Made by a program: the position numbers and the translations under genes. The notes under the pieces are model-generated. The model was not told the origin of the DNA. It saw nothing but the letters and a program-made list of their open reading frames with translations, and searched no databases. 56,784 bases of DNA from Candidatus Woesearchaeota archaeon (GTDB lineage: Archaea > Nanobdellota > Nanobdellia > Pacearchaeales > GW2011-AR1), in NCBI GenBank assembly GCA_964389765.1, contig CAYMES010000001.1, positions 6,786-63,569 on the forward strand, given 5' to 3'. Position 1 is the first letter of the stretch, and the number at the start of each line of letters is the position of its first letter. This document shows positions 25,642 to 35,451 of this stretch, in pieces.

Positions 25642-26292
25642 ATGAAAGAAATTAAAGCAATATTTTGTGATATGGATGGAACTGCAGTTCAGTATGATAA
25701 TGAACCATTTCATTCAAGTTGGGATGCTTTATTAGATATTTTATCAGAACAAGAAAAAGAAGAATGGATATTAACGAGGGACCATTTTTGTCAAAGAAAA
25801 GAGGGTTATGATGAATGGTTTAAACAACAAGTAAGAATTTTGAAAGGAAAAAAATTAGAAGATGCAAAAAAAGCTTTATTTCCTGTTCCTTATTCTCCTG
25901 GTTTTGTAGATTTTTTTAGTAAGAATAATAGTTTGAAAAAAGCAATAGTATCTTCTGGAATAAGTTTAGTTGCTGAAAAAATTGTTGAAGAACTTGGTTT
26001 TGATGATTATATTGCTCAAAGTTTGGAAATAGAAGAAGGGTTGTTTACAGGGAAAGGAAATTATTGTTTTTCTAATTGTAAGGTAGGAGGAATTAGGAAT
26101 TTAGCTGAAAAATATGATTTAGATTTAAAAGAAGTTTGTTATGTAGGCGATTCTTCTTGGGATATTAGTTGTTTGGATGTTGTTGGATTGCCTCTTGCAT
26201 TTAATCCCAAAAAGTGTTTAATAGATCATGTTAAAGATAAAAAGATTCCTATTATTAAAAATTTTAGAGATTTAAAAGGTTATTTAAATTGA
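25642..26292 (+). CDS. HAD-superfamily phosphatase (PSP-like)
   Basis: Contains FCDMDGT (DxDGT motif I), VSSG (motif II) and GDSSWD (motif IV). The ATG at 25642 is preferred over the TTG at 25627. Confidence 0.7.
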   Translation: MKEIKAIFCDMDGTAVQYDNEPFHSSWDALLDILSEQEKEEWILTRDHFCQRKEGYDEWFKQQVRILKGKKLEDAKKALFPVPYSPGFVDFFSKNNSLKKAIVSSGISLVAEKIVEELGFDDYIAQSLEIEEGLFTGKGNYCFSNCKVGGIRNLAEKYDLDLKEVCYVGDSSWDISCLDVVGLPLAFNPKKCLIDHVKDKKIPIIKNFRDLKGYLN

Positions 26293-26320
26293 ATTTAAAA
26301 AGAAAGTTAAAAACATTAAG

Positions 26321-29300
26321 ATGAATATAAATGAATATTTTAAAATATTGCAAGATAAAGTGAAAACTTGTTATAGTATAGCAGAAGATGCAAAACAAAA
26401 AGGTTTAGATCCTTTAAGTAAGGTAGAAATTCCTATAGCAACTTCTCTTGCTGAAAAAGTTACTGGATTAATATCCACAGTTTATCCTCAAATAGGGGAC
26501 CCTAAAATTGCTAAAAGAATTATTGAATTAGAAAAAGAACATGGTGCTTTAAGTCCTGCAGTTGCATTATATATTGCAGGAGAAATTTCTAAAGGAAAAT
26601 TTTGTAAATTTAAGAATAGTTTAGAAGCAATAGATGCAGCAATAAGAGTAGGGATAGCTTATATGACTTTAGGAGTTGTTAGTTCTCCAATAGAAGGTTT
26701 TACATCATTTACATTAAAAAAAACAAGAGAAGGAGAAGATTATTTTTGTGCTAATTATTCGGGCCCAATACGTTCTGCAGGAGGAACTGCTGCTGCTTTT
26801 TCTTTAGTTATTATTGATTATTTAAGAGAGTTATTTGGATATGCAAAATATGATCCAACTGATGATGAAATTAAAAGAACAATAACAGAGTTATATGATT
26901 ATCATGAAAGAATTACTAACTTGCAATATCTGCCTACAGAAGAAGAAATAGAGTGTATTGCTAGGAATCTACCTATTCAAGTAGCAGGAGATAGAAGTGC
27001 AGATAAAGAAGTAAGTAATTATAAAGATTTAGCTAGGGTAGAGACAGACTATATAAGAAGTGGTTTTTGTCTTGTTATTGGAGAGGGTTTAGCTCAGAAA
27101 GCTCCTAAAATTTTAAGGATGGTTAAAAAATTAAGAAAAAAAGGTTTTAAACTTAGTTCTTGGGATTTTTTAGAAGAATATATGAAAATTCATGAAAAAA
27201 AAGAAAAAGGAAAAACAAAAGATTCTCCTACATATATAAAAGATTTGGTTGCAGGAAGACCTGTTTTAGGACATCCTAGTAAGAGTGGTGCTTTTAGGCT
27301 TGTATATGGAAGAACAAGAGGTTCAGGATATTCTGCATTATCTATTCATCCTGCTAGTATGGCAGTTATGGATGATTTTATTGCTGTTGGTTCTCAATTA
27401 AAAATAGAGCTTCCTACAAAAGGTGCAGCAATAACTGTTTGTGATGGGATTGAAGGGCCTATTGTAAAACTTAAAAATGGAGAAGTTAGACAATTTAGAG
27501 ATTTTCAAGAAGCTAAAGAATTAAGAAAAGATATTGAAGAGATAATTTATTTAGGAGATATGTTAATTCCTTATGGGGATTTTGCAAATAGAAACCATGT
27601 TTTAATGCCAGAAGGATATGAAGAAAAACAATGGAAAGCAGAAATAAAATATGGGGGAGAAGATATTCCTAAAGAAATAACTTATGAAAATATTATTAAG
27701 ATAGCAGAAAAAGGATTTTCTTTACATCCTGATTATGTGTTTTATTGGAGCCAGATAAATTATCAAGATTTTCTCTCACTTCTTGATTGGATTTCAAATG
27801 TTAAGATTATAGAAGGGAAGATGCTTTTCCCATATAATACTGGAGAGCAAGAAAGATTTCAAAAAGGCAAAAGAACTTTAGAATTATTAGGGGTAGAGCA
27901 TAAAGTAACTACTGAAAATGTTGTTTTAAATGAAAAAGATACCAAAGCTTTATTGCTGAGTTTAGGGATAAACCAGGGAGCTAATATATCAGAGCAAATA
28001 GAGAAAATATCTAAGAGTATTAAAAGAGGAAATGTATTAAGTATTGTTAATGAGCTTTGTAAATATAAGATAAAAGATAAAGCAGGAACATTTATTGGGG
28101 CAAGGATGGGCAGACCAGAAAAAGCAAAATTAAGAAAATTAACAGGAAGCCCAAATGTTTTGTTTCCAGTAGGACAAGAAGGAGGAAGATTAAGAAGTGT
28201 ATTAGAAGCATGTGAAGTAGGAAGTATTAAAGCAGATTTCCCCCTTTATTATTGTCAGAATTGTGAAAAAGAAACTATTTATTATGTTTGTGAAGATTGT
28301 GGCAATAAAACAAGTAGTCTTAATTATTGTTCTGAATGTAATCAGAAATTTTTTATGGAAAAATGTCCTAAACATAATAAAGGACAGCCATATATGAATA
28401 AAAGAATAGATATAAATCATTTTTTTAAATCTGCTGTTCAGAGATTAGGTTATGAAAGACGCGAGATTCCAGAAATGATAAAAGGGGTAAGAGGTACGAG
28501 TAATGAAAGCCATGTTCCAGAAAATTTAGCTAAAGGGATTTTAAGAGCTAAACATAGATTAAATGTTAATAAAGATGGCACTATAAGATTTGATGCTACT
28601 GAACTTCCTATTACTCATTTTAAACCTAAAGAAGTTCAAGCAAGGGTAGAGAGTTTGAAAAAATTAGGATATGTTAGAGATATTTATGGAAAACCTTTAG
28701 AAAACCAAGAACAAGTATTAGAAATTAAGCCTCATGATGTTATTTTACCTTCTTGTCCTGAAAGTATGGATGAAAGAGCAGATAAAGTTTTTACAAGAAT
28801 TGCCGGATTTATAGATGATTTGTTAGTTAGATTTTATAAATCCAAACCTTTTTATAATGTTTCTGAAAGAGAAGATTTATTAGGACATCTAGTTACTTGT
28901 ATTGCTCCCCATAATTGTGCAGGAGTAGTAGGAAGAATTATTGGATTTTCAAAAACCCAAGGATTGTTAGCTTCACCATATATGCATGCTGCTATGAGGA
29001 GAGATTGTTTAAGCTATGATAGTTTTGTTTCTGTTAATAAAGAAGGAGAATGGAAAGTTGGTAAGATTGGAGATTTTATTGAAAAAGAAAATCCTCAAGG
29101 CAAAGTTGATTCTTGGGGGACGCTGGGAAAAAGAGTGTCAAACTTTAAAACTTGGAGTAATCCTGGAGCAAAACAAGTTTTGGAATTAACAAAACATGAG
29201 CCTAGAGAGATGTTAAAATTTTATCTAGAAGATGGAAGAATAATTGAAACAACTGAAAATCATAAATTTTATATTAAGGGCAAAAAGGAGAAAAAAGCAA

Positions 29301-31123
29301 GAGAATTAAAACAAGGAGATAAATTAATAGTAAATTATAAGAGGAAGATTAAAGGAAAAGATTTAAATGAGATATTTTTACCAGAGGTTTTTAAACAAAG
29401 AGAGGATATTATGGTTAGAAATGTTTTTCAATTTTTAAATAAATTTGAAAAAGTAAGTAAGCATGATAATTTTAGTTTTAGAGATAGTTTTCCTATTAAG
29501 TATGTAGAAGAATTTTTAAAAAGACATGGAAAGAATTTGAGAGATTTGCCTGACGAGGTTAGGATTTCTGCTAAAAGAGATAATGTTTTATTGCCTATAA
29601 GGATAAAGTTTGATGAAAATTTGTTTTCTTTAATTGGATTGTATATTGCAGAAGGTTATGTAAGAAATAATGATTCTGAAAAAGGATTTTATCAAGTGAG
29701 TTTTGCTGCCCAAGATTTTGAAGTGAGAAAGTTTATACAAGGAGTAATGTTAGATTATTTTAATTTAAAAAGTACAGAAAAAAGAAAAGATGCACTCACT
29801 TATTCTTCAAAATTATTGTATTTATTATTTAAAGATTTTTTTAAGCTCAATAGTGGTGCAAAAAATAAGAGGATTCCAAGTTTGTTTTTAAATTTTAAGA
29901 AAGAAAAATTAGCTGCTTTGTTAAGAGGTTATTTTGAAGGTGATGGAAGTGTTAGTTTATCAGATATAAGAGTGACTTGTGATAGTGTAAGTGAGGGATT
30001 AAAATATGATTTAAGTTTTGCTTTATCTAGATTTAATATATTTAGCAAATTTTATGATTATAAGAAAAAACCAGGAAAAAAAGTAGGAGATTTTTATAAG
30101 AAAAAGAAAAAAAAGATTCCTGAATTTAAAATTACTAAGATTATTATCCCTTCTAATTTTGTTAAAGATTTTTGCAAAATTGGTTTTTTAACTAAGAAAA
30201 AGAATGAGATTTTAAAAGAGATTTGTAAGAGAAATCCGAATGGTATGAAAATTGATTTTGATAAAGATTATGTTTACCCTAAAATTAAAAAAATAGAAAA
30301 AACAGGTATGAAAAAGAGTTATTGCTTTAATGTTGAAGATGAACATAATTTTTTTAGTAATGATATTTTAGTTCATAATTGCGACGGGGATGAAGCTGCT
30401 GTTATATTGTTGTTAGATAATTTAATTAATTTTTCAAAACAATATCTTCCTTCTCATAGGGGAGGAACCCAAGATGCTCCTCTTGTTTTAAATGCAAAGA
30501 TAAGAGCAGGTGAAGTAGATGATATGATTCTTGATTTTGATGTTGTTAAAGAATATCCTTATGAGCTTTATAAAGCAGGAGAAGAGAAAAAAAACCCTTC
30601 TGAAGTTAAGATTGAACAAGTTCAAGATAGATTAGGAAAAAATGAATTTAAAGATATTGGTTATACGCATGATACTGATGATATAAATGGAGGGGTTTTG
30701 TGTTCTGCTTATAAAAAATTAGCTACAATGCAAGAAAAAGTAGGAAAGCAAATGGAGTTAGTTGGAAAGACAAGGGCAGTAGAAACAGGAGATGTTGCAA
30801 GATTAGTTATTGAAAGACATTTTATGAGGGATATTAAAGGAAATTTAAGGAAGTTTAGTCAGCAGGTTTTTAGATGTGTTAAATGTAATGAAAAATTCAG
30901 GAGACCTCCTTTAAGTGGTAAGTGCACTAAATGCGGGGGAAGAATTATTTTTACAATTTCAGAAGGAGGAATTATTAAATATTTAGAACCAGCTATTGAT
31001 TTAGCTACAAATTTTGAAGTTCCTGAATATGTAAGACAAAATCTTGAATTAACTAAAAAATATATAGAAAGTATTTTTGGAAAAGAAAAAGAAAAACAAG
31101 AAGCTTTAAAAAAGTGGTTTTAA
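26321..31123 (+). CDS. polC: DNA polymerase II (PolD) large subunit DP2, interrupted by one intein
   Basis: The N-terminus is DP2-type (YF..L...V...Y.IAEDAKQKGLDP...VEIP). Cys clusters are CQNCEKE..CEDCGN and CVKCNEKF...CTKCGG. The catalytic-region motif HAAMRRD|intein|CDGDEAAV is present. The exteins total about 1142 aa. Confidence 0.9.
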   Translation: MNINEYFKILQDKVKTCYSIAEDAKQKGLDPLSKVEIPIATSLAEKVTGLISTVYPQIGDPKIAKRIIELEKEHGALSPAVALYIAGEISKGKFCKFKNSLEAIDAAIRVGIAYMTLGVVSSPIEGFTSFTLKKTREGEDYFCANYSGPIRSAGGTAAAFSLVIIDYLRELFGYAKYDPTDDEIKRTITELYDYHERITNLQYLPTEEEIECIARNLPIQVAGDRSADKEVSNYKDLARVETDYIRSGFCLVIGEGLAQKAPKILRMVKKLRKKGFKLSSWDFLEEYMKIHEKKEKGKTKDSPTYIKDLVAGRPVLGHPSKSGAFRLVYGRTRGSGYSALSIHPASMAVMDDFIAVGSQLKIELPTKGAAITVCDGIEGPIVKLKNGEVRQFRDFQEAKELRKDIEEIIYLGDMLIPYGDFANRNHVLMPEGYEEKQWKAEIKYGGEDIPKEITYENIIKIAEKGFSLHPDYVFYWSQINYQDFLSLLDWISNVKIIEGKMLFPYNTGEQERFQKGKRTLELLGVEHKVTTENVVLNEKDTKALLLSLGINQGANISEQIEKISKSIKRGNVLSIVNELCKYKIKDKAGTFIGARMGRPEKAKLRKLTGSPNVLFPVGQEGGRLRSVLEACEVGSIKADFPLYYCQNCEKETIYYVCEDCGNKTSSLNYCSECNQKFFMEKCPKHNKGQPYMNKRIDINHFFKSAVQRLGYERREIPEMIKGVRGTSNESHVPENLAKGILRAKHRLNVNKDGTIRFDATELPITHFKPKEVQARVESLKKLGYVRDIYGKPLENQEQVLEIKPHDVILPSCPESMDERADKVFTRIAGFIDDLLVRFYKSKPFYNVSEREDLLGHLVTCIAPHNCAGVVGRIIGFSKTQGLLASPYMHAAMRRDCLSYDSFVSVNKEGEWKVGKIGDFIEKENPQGKVDSWGTLGKRVSNFKTWSNPGAKQVLELTKHEPREMLKFYLEDGRIIETTENHKFYIKGKKEKKARELKQGDKLIVNYKRKIKGKDLNEIFLPEVFKQREDIMVRNVFQFLNKFEKVSKHDNFSFRDSFPIKYVEEFLKRHGKNLRDLPDEVRISAKRDNVLLPIRIKFDENLFSLIGLYIAEGYVRNNDSEKGFYQVSFAAQDFEVRKFIQGVMLDYFNLKSTEKRKDALTYSSKLLYLLFKDFFKLNSGAKNKRIPSLFLNFKKEKLAALLRGYFEGDGSVSLSDIRVTCDSVSEGLKYDLSFALSRFNIFSKFYDYKKKPGKKVGDFYKKKKKKIPEFKITKIIIPSNFVKDFCKIGFLTKKKNEILKEICKRNPNGMKIDFDKDYVYPKIKKIEKTGMKKSYCFNVEDEHNFFSNDILVHNCDGDEAAVILLLDNLINFSKQYLPSHRGGTQDAPLVLNAKIRAGEVDDMILDFDVVKEYPYELYKAGEEKKNPSEVKIEQVQDRLGKNEFKDIGYTHDTDDINGGVLCSAYKKLATMQEKVGKQMELVGKTRAVETGDVARLVIERHFMRDIKGNLRKFSQQVFRCVKCNEKFRRPPLSGKCTKCGGRIIFTISEGGIIKYLEPAIDLATNFEVPEYVRQNLELTKKYIESIFGKEKEKQEALKKWF
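29006..30379 (+). mobile_element. 458-aa intein with a LAGLIDADG homing-endonuclease domain, inserted in the PolD DP2 NCDGDE catalytic motif
   Basis: Cys1 (CLSYDSF), block B (TENHKF), LAGLIDADG motifs (LIGLYIAEGYV and LLRGYFEGDGSV), a terminal LVHN followed by +1 Cys (CDGDE). Coordinates are in frame (codons 896-1353). Confidence 0.85.
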
Positions 31124-31395
31124 ATGAAGGATTATCTTCTTTGAAATATAGAATTCTTTTTAAACCCCTTTTTCCATATAATAAATTGGAAAAATATAAA
31201 CAAAAATTAGTTGAATTAAGAGCTAAAAGAGCAGTAGGGAGAGCAATGGCTCCAGGAGTTAGAGAATTTTCATATGAAAGAAGTTTTGGAGAATTTGAAC
31301 AAAGGTATGTCGATGCCAGTTTAGATAAAAGAACAAGAAGAATCAGTGCAGAAGAATTAGAAAAGATTTGTAATTTAAAATTGAATATATCTTAA
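31114..31395 (+). CDS. Hypothetical small protein; start uncertain (GTG overlapping the polC stop)
   Basis: ORF only. No family recognised. An internal Met offers an alternative start. Confidence 0.3.
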   Translation: MVLNEGLSSLKYRILFKPLFPYNKLEKYKQKLVELRAKRAVGRAMAPGVREFSYERSFGEFEQRYVDASLDKRTRRISAEELEKICNLKLNIS

Positions 31396-31486
31396 TTAAA
31401 AAAGCAGATTTTATTCTAAAGTATATTTTTAAGTATAGTTTTATTTAAAAACCTATATTTTCTATTTTTTTAGAGGTGTTAAAGAG

Positions 31487-32791
31487 ATGTCAGGAATATT
31501 TGGAGTTATTGGAGAAGAAGATTGTATAGAAGATTTGTTTTATGGTGCTTTTTATGTTCAGCATAGAGCGCAAGAGTATTGTGGTATTTCTTTATTAGAT
31601 GTAGATAAAAATAAGATAGAAAACTATACTCATAAAGGATTAATAAAACAACAATTTCCAAAGCAACTAAGAAAAGAGATAAGAGGGCAGGCAGGTTTGG
31701 GAATTGTTTCAGGAAGTAGACAGCCTGTTTCTGAATTATCTAAATCAGAAGGAATGGTTTTAGGATATGATGGAAATATTATAAATTATCAAGATTTAAA
31801 AGATAAACCTCTTAGAGATAATAATACTTTTTCTGGATATCATAATCCTGAAGATATTAATGATGCGGTTTTAATTTCAAAAATAATTGCAAAAGAAAAC
31901 AAGTTTGAAAAAGGAGTAGAAAATTTATTTGAGATATTAGAAGGAGATTTTTCAATTGCAAGTTTAACAAGGGAGGGAATTTATGCTGCAAGAGGATATG
32001 GAAGAAAACCTTTAATCTTGGGAAAAAAAGATGGAGCATATAGTGTTGCATCTGAAAGTAATTCTTTTGTTAATCAAGGTTTTGAAATAGTTAGAGATGT
32101 TAATCCTGGAGAAGTTGTTTTTTTAAATAAAGAAGGGATACATGAAGTTAGACAGTTTAATTTACCTTATGTTAAATATGGAACTTTTGAATGGATTTAT
32201 ACTGCTTATCCTTCTTCTATTATTGATGGAAGAAATGTTGCTGAAGTTAGAAAAAAGTTAGGAGGATGTTTAGCTGAGAGGTTTCCTGTTGATGCAGATA
32301 TTGTTTCAGGAATTCCAAATTCAGGAAGATGGCATGGATTAGGTTATTCTATTTTTTCAAAGATACCTTATCAAGAAGTTTTTATTAGATATGATTATTC
32401 TGGAAGAAGTTATACTTCTGTACAAGAAGAGAGGGAAGAAGTAGCAAATAAAAAACTAATTGTTTTAGATTCAATTGTGAGAGAAAAGAGAATTGTGATT
32501 GTTGAAGACAGTATTGTTAGAGGAAACCAAACAAAAGAGCAGACTAAGAAGCTAAAAGAGAAAGGTGCAAAAGAAGTTCATATGAGGGCTGCATGCCCTC
32601 CATTATTAGCTGCATGCCCTTATGGAAAGACTACGAGAAGAGATGATGAATGTATTGCTAGAAGAATGTCTATTGATGAGATAAAGGAAACAAGAGGATT
32701 AAATAGTTTAGGTTATGCAACAATAGAAGATTTAGAAACATCTATAGGGTTTTCTAAGGATAAATTGTGCTTGGAATGTTGGGAAAGATAG
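31487..32791 (+). CDS. purF: Amidophosphoribosyltransferase-like protein (PurF family) with Ser replacing the N-terminal nucleophile Cys
   Basis: MSGIFGV sits where PurF has MCGI(V/F)G, and QHRAQEYCGI where PurF has QHRGQE.AGI. The PRTase loop is IVIVEDSIVRGNQT. Fe-S-type cysteines are ACPPLLAACPYG ... CLECW. Confidence 0.7.
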   Translation: MSGIFGVIGEEDCIEDLFYGAFYVQHRAQEYCGISLLDVDKNKIENYTHKGLIKQQFPKQLRKEIRGQAGLGIVSGSRQPVSELSKSEGMVLGYDGNIINYQDLKDKPLRDNNTFSGYHNPEDINDAVLISKIIAKENKFEKGVENLFEILEGDFSIASLTREGIYAARGYGRKPLILGKKDGAYSVASESNSFVNQGFEIVRDVNPGEVVFLNKEGIHEVRQFNLPYVKYGTFEWIYTAYPSSIIDGRNVAEVRKKLGGCLAERFPVDADIVSGIPNSGRWHGLGYSIFSKIPYQEVFIRYDYSGRSYTSVQEEREEVANKKLIVLDSIVREKRIVIVEDSIVRGNQTKEQTKKLKEKGAKEVHMRAACPPLLAACPYGKTTRRDDECIARRMSIDEIKETRGLNSLGYATIEDLETSIGFSKDKLCLECWER

Positions 32792-33027
32792 CAATAAGAA
32801 GATGTCTAAAATAATTTATTAATAGGTTTGGATTATGAATATTTAAAGAATTTTATTACAGTTAAAAATTATTAATATATACTTGTTGTTTTGAAAATTT
32901 TATAATCAGTAGATTAATAGAAAATATAAGATTTATTTGGATTTTTAATTGTAAGAAGTTAAGATTGATGACTAGGTGGGAAAGATAAAAAGATAATTAT
33001 AAAAAACATATTTTTATTTATTTATTA

Positions 33028-34107
33028 ATGAAAAAAGATAAAAAGAGGGCGAAAAAAAAGAAACAAAAACAAGGTAAAAACAAGTTAAGGAAAAGATTAA
33101 ACCTTATTATTTCTTTAATTGTAGGAATAATCATTTTTGGATTTTTTTTATGGAAGGTGGGTTTAGATGCTTTGATTCTTATATATGAAAATATTAATTT
33201 CTTTTATTTGTTTCTTTATGGAGTTTTTACTTTTATTACTTTTATATTTATTGCTGGAAGATGGCAAATTATATTAAGAGCTTATGGAAAAAAAGCTAAA
33301 AAAGCCAGTTTTTTAACTTTATTAAGACAGTCTATTGCAGGTTATGCTGTAGGATATATAACTCCTTCTGTAAGATTAGGAGGAGAGCCATTAAGAGCAT
33401 ATATGTTAAAGAAAGAAGCAGGTATAGATTTAAGAACAGGAAGCACAAGCATCATATTAGATAAGTTTGTTGAATTAGCAGGAACAACCTTGTTTGGAGT
33501 TTTGGGTTTAGTATTGTTGATGTACGTTCCAGGAATTCCTTTTTGGTTTAAATTTCTTCTTTTTATTTTGATTGTTTTTACTTTTCTTTTACTTGCAACT
33601 ATTTATTATAGAACAATAATTGGAAGGGGAAGTTTTTCATCTTTATTTAATTTGTTAAGATTATATAAAATTGCAAGAATTAAATATTTTGTAAATATTT
33701 TAGAAGATGTTGAGAAAAAATTAGAAAAGTTTTTTAAAAATCATAAAAAAGAATTTTTACTTTCATTTTTCTTTTATTTTTTATATGGTTTATCTGTTAT
33801 TTTTGAGATGAAATATTTATTATTGAGTTTTGGAATTAATGCAGATTTAACATCAGTGATTCTTGCAATAACTCTTATAGGGCTAGTTAATTTTATTCCT
33901 GTTCCTGCTGCTTTAGGATTTTTAGAAGCAGGACAATCTAGTTTGTTTTATTTATTAAAAGGTGAAGGAAGCATTGGTTTTGCTTTAAGTATAATGGTAA
34001 GGTTAAGGAATTTATTTTTCACTGCAGTAGGTTTTGGATTAATTTCTTATTTTTCAGGAAACCAAGTAAGGGAGAGAGTTAAAAAGAATATTAAGAATGA
34101 AGTTTAA
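33028..34107 (+). CDS. Polytopic membrane protein, lysylphosphatidylglycerol-synthase-TM / flippase-like family
   Basis: A K-rich N-terminus is followed by about 8 helices. Segments such as GYITPSVRLGGEPLRAYML and IPVPAALGFLEAG resemble the LPG_synthase_TM family. Confidence 0.5.
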   Translation: MKKDKKRAKKKKQKQGKNKLRKRLNLIISLIVGIIIFGFFLWKVGLDALILIYENINFFYLFLYGVFTFITFIFIAGRWQIILRAYGKKAKKASFLTLLRQSIAGYAVGYITPSVRLGGEPLRAYMLKKEAGIDLRTGSTSIILDKFVELAGTTLFGVLGLVLLMYVPGIPFWFKFLLFILIVFTFLLLATIYYRTIIGRGSFSSLFNLLRLYKIARIKYFVNILEDVEKKLEKFFKNHKKEFLLSFFFYFLYGLSVIFEMKYLLLSFGINADLTSVILAITLIGLVNFIPVPAALGFLEAGQSSLFYLLKGEGSIGFALSIMVRLRNLFFTAVGFGLISYFSGNQVRERVKKNIKNEV

Positions 34108-34628
34108 TCATAAATTTCTTCAATTATGTTTTCTATATCTTTTTCAATTTCTTCTTTATTTTTTGAAGATAATGTATAAATTTTCCCTTTTTTATATCTG
34201 CTATATAATTCTTGTTTATTTTGCATATATGTTTTATTTCTTAGTTCGTTATTTTCAGAAAGTTCTATGAGATGATTTTTTATCATGAAGTCTGGATGAA
34301 GATATCTGGTTGTTCTTCCTGTTTTTATTTCAATTAAAGGGTTTAAGGAAAAAGGAATTCTTCTTTTTTGTAGGTAACTATAGATGTATCTTTTTGTCCT
34401 ATGCATTCTTTTATTAGGAGGATAAATTGTTTTATGTTTTGGATAGAAGTTTTTTTGATATCCGATATCTATATTAATTCCAGGTTCAACACCTACAAAA
34501 ACTCCTCTTCTATTATGTCTTACATTTACTCTGCATCCAGGCAAAATTGTAGAAACACTTATTAAAGCTAACGATGCAATAGAAAATCCTGCTTTTTTTA
34601 ATTTATTACTCTTTTTTGGTTTTGTCAT
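34104..34628 (-). CDS. Putative lipoprotein
   Basis: MTKPKKSNKLKKAGFSIASLALISVSTILPGC carries a lipobox-like LPGC. The start is moved to ATG 34628 because the listed 5' extension runs into the IS terminus. Confidence 0.5.
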   Translation of the reverse strand: MTKPKKSNKLKKAGFSIASLALISVSTILPGCRVNVRHNRRGVFVGVEPGINIDIGYQKNFYPKHKTIYPPNKRMHRTKRYIYSYLQKRRIPFSLNPLIEIKTGRTTRYLHPDFMIKNHLIELSENNELRNKTYMQNKQELYSRYKKGKIYTLSSKNKEEIEKDIENIIEEIYD

Positions 34629-34678
34629 GTTTTTTATAAAGAGAAGGCATTTAATAATTTTTTGTTTATGAATTAAGG

Positions 34679-35435
34679 TGTGCTCCCACCAGACATATGT
34701 CACCCCCTAAAATAAAAGACTAAAATCATTATATATTTCATCAGGAGTTTTATTGTTCAAACTTGTGTGTGGTCTGAAATGATTATATCTCATTCTCCAA
34801 AGTTCAGAATCTCCTTCACAAAATTTGAATTCTCTTTTAAAAGTTTGAAATAGTCTTTCGACTTTTCCTTGCGTTGTTGGGCTATGAATTGCTCCTCGAA
34901 TATGTTTAATATCTCTTTTGCGAAGTTTCCTATCAAACTTGGAATGCTTGCTTTTCAACCCATAAGCTGAACCATCATCTGTTAATATTTCTCTAGGTTT
35001 ACCATAAATTTTAATTAAATCGTCAATCAATTTAATCACAACCTCTGTTGTAACTCTATTAACGGGAAGAAAAGCCAGGCTTTTTTTTGAACAATCATCT
35101 ATTACTGAAATTACATACTTATCGTCGATCTTTTGATCGCTATGGTCTATTTGCCAAAGTGAATTTGGATGTTTTCTTTGCCAGCGAATATATTTTATCT
35201 TTTTCTTTTTTCTTTTAGCGGGTCCAGTCAATTTATGTTTATTTAGAATTTTATTTATTGATTTATGAGATAAATTTGGAAAATACAATCTTTCTGCACT
35301 GGTTTTGAGAATGTCCCTTAATTCTTAATTTAAAATATTCTTTTCTTATTTCTTCTTTTTTCATTCAAAACCGAAGAAATCATCTGCGAACTAATTTTCG
35401 GTTTTGCCTAGTGACATATGTCACTTCTGAGCACA
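34679..35435 (-). mobile_element. Compact 757-bp insertion sequence with imperfect 25-bp terminal inverted repeats, flanked by a perfect 16-bp direct repeat
   Basis: The left end is TGTGCTCCCACCAGACATATGTCAC. The reverse complement of the right end is TGTGCTCAGAAGTGACATATGTCAC. The direct repeat TGTTTATGAATTAAGG at 34663-34678 and 35436-35451 abuts both ends. An rve (DDE) transposase lies inside. Confidence 0.8.
34707..35364 (-). pseudogene. DDE (rve-type) transposase split into an HTH ORF (35263..35364) and a catalytic ORF (34707..35288) in the +1 frame
   Basis: ORF A is MKKEEIRKEYFKLRIKGHSQNQCRKIVFSKFIS*. ORF B continues with YFPNLSHKSINKILNK (the second HTH helix) and then WQIDHSD ... VIDDCS ... 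TDDGSAY ... TQGKVER. The offset 35364-35288=76 puts ORF B in the +1 frame. Confidence 0.7.
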
Positions 35436-35451
35436 TGTTTATGAATTAAGG

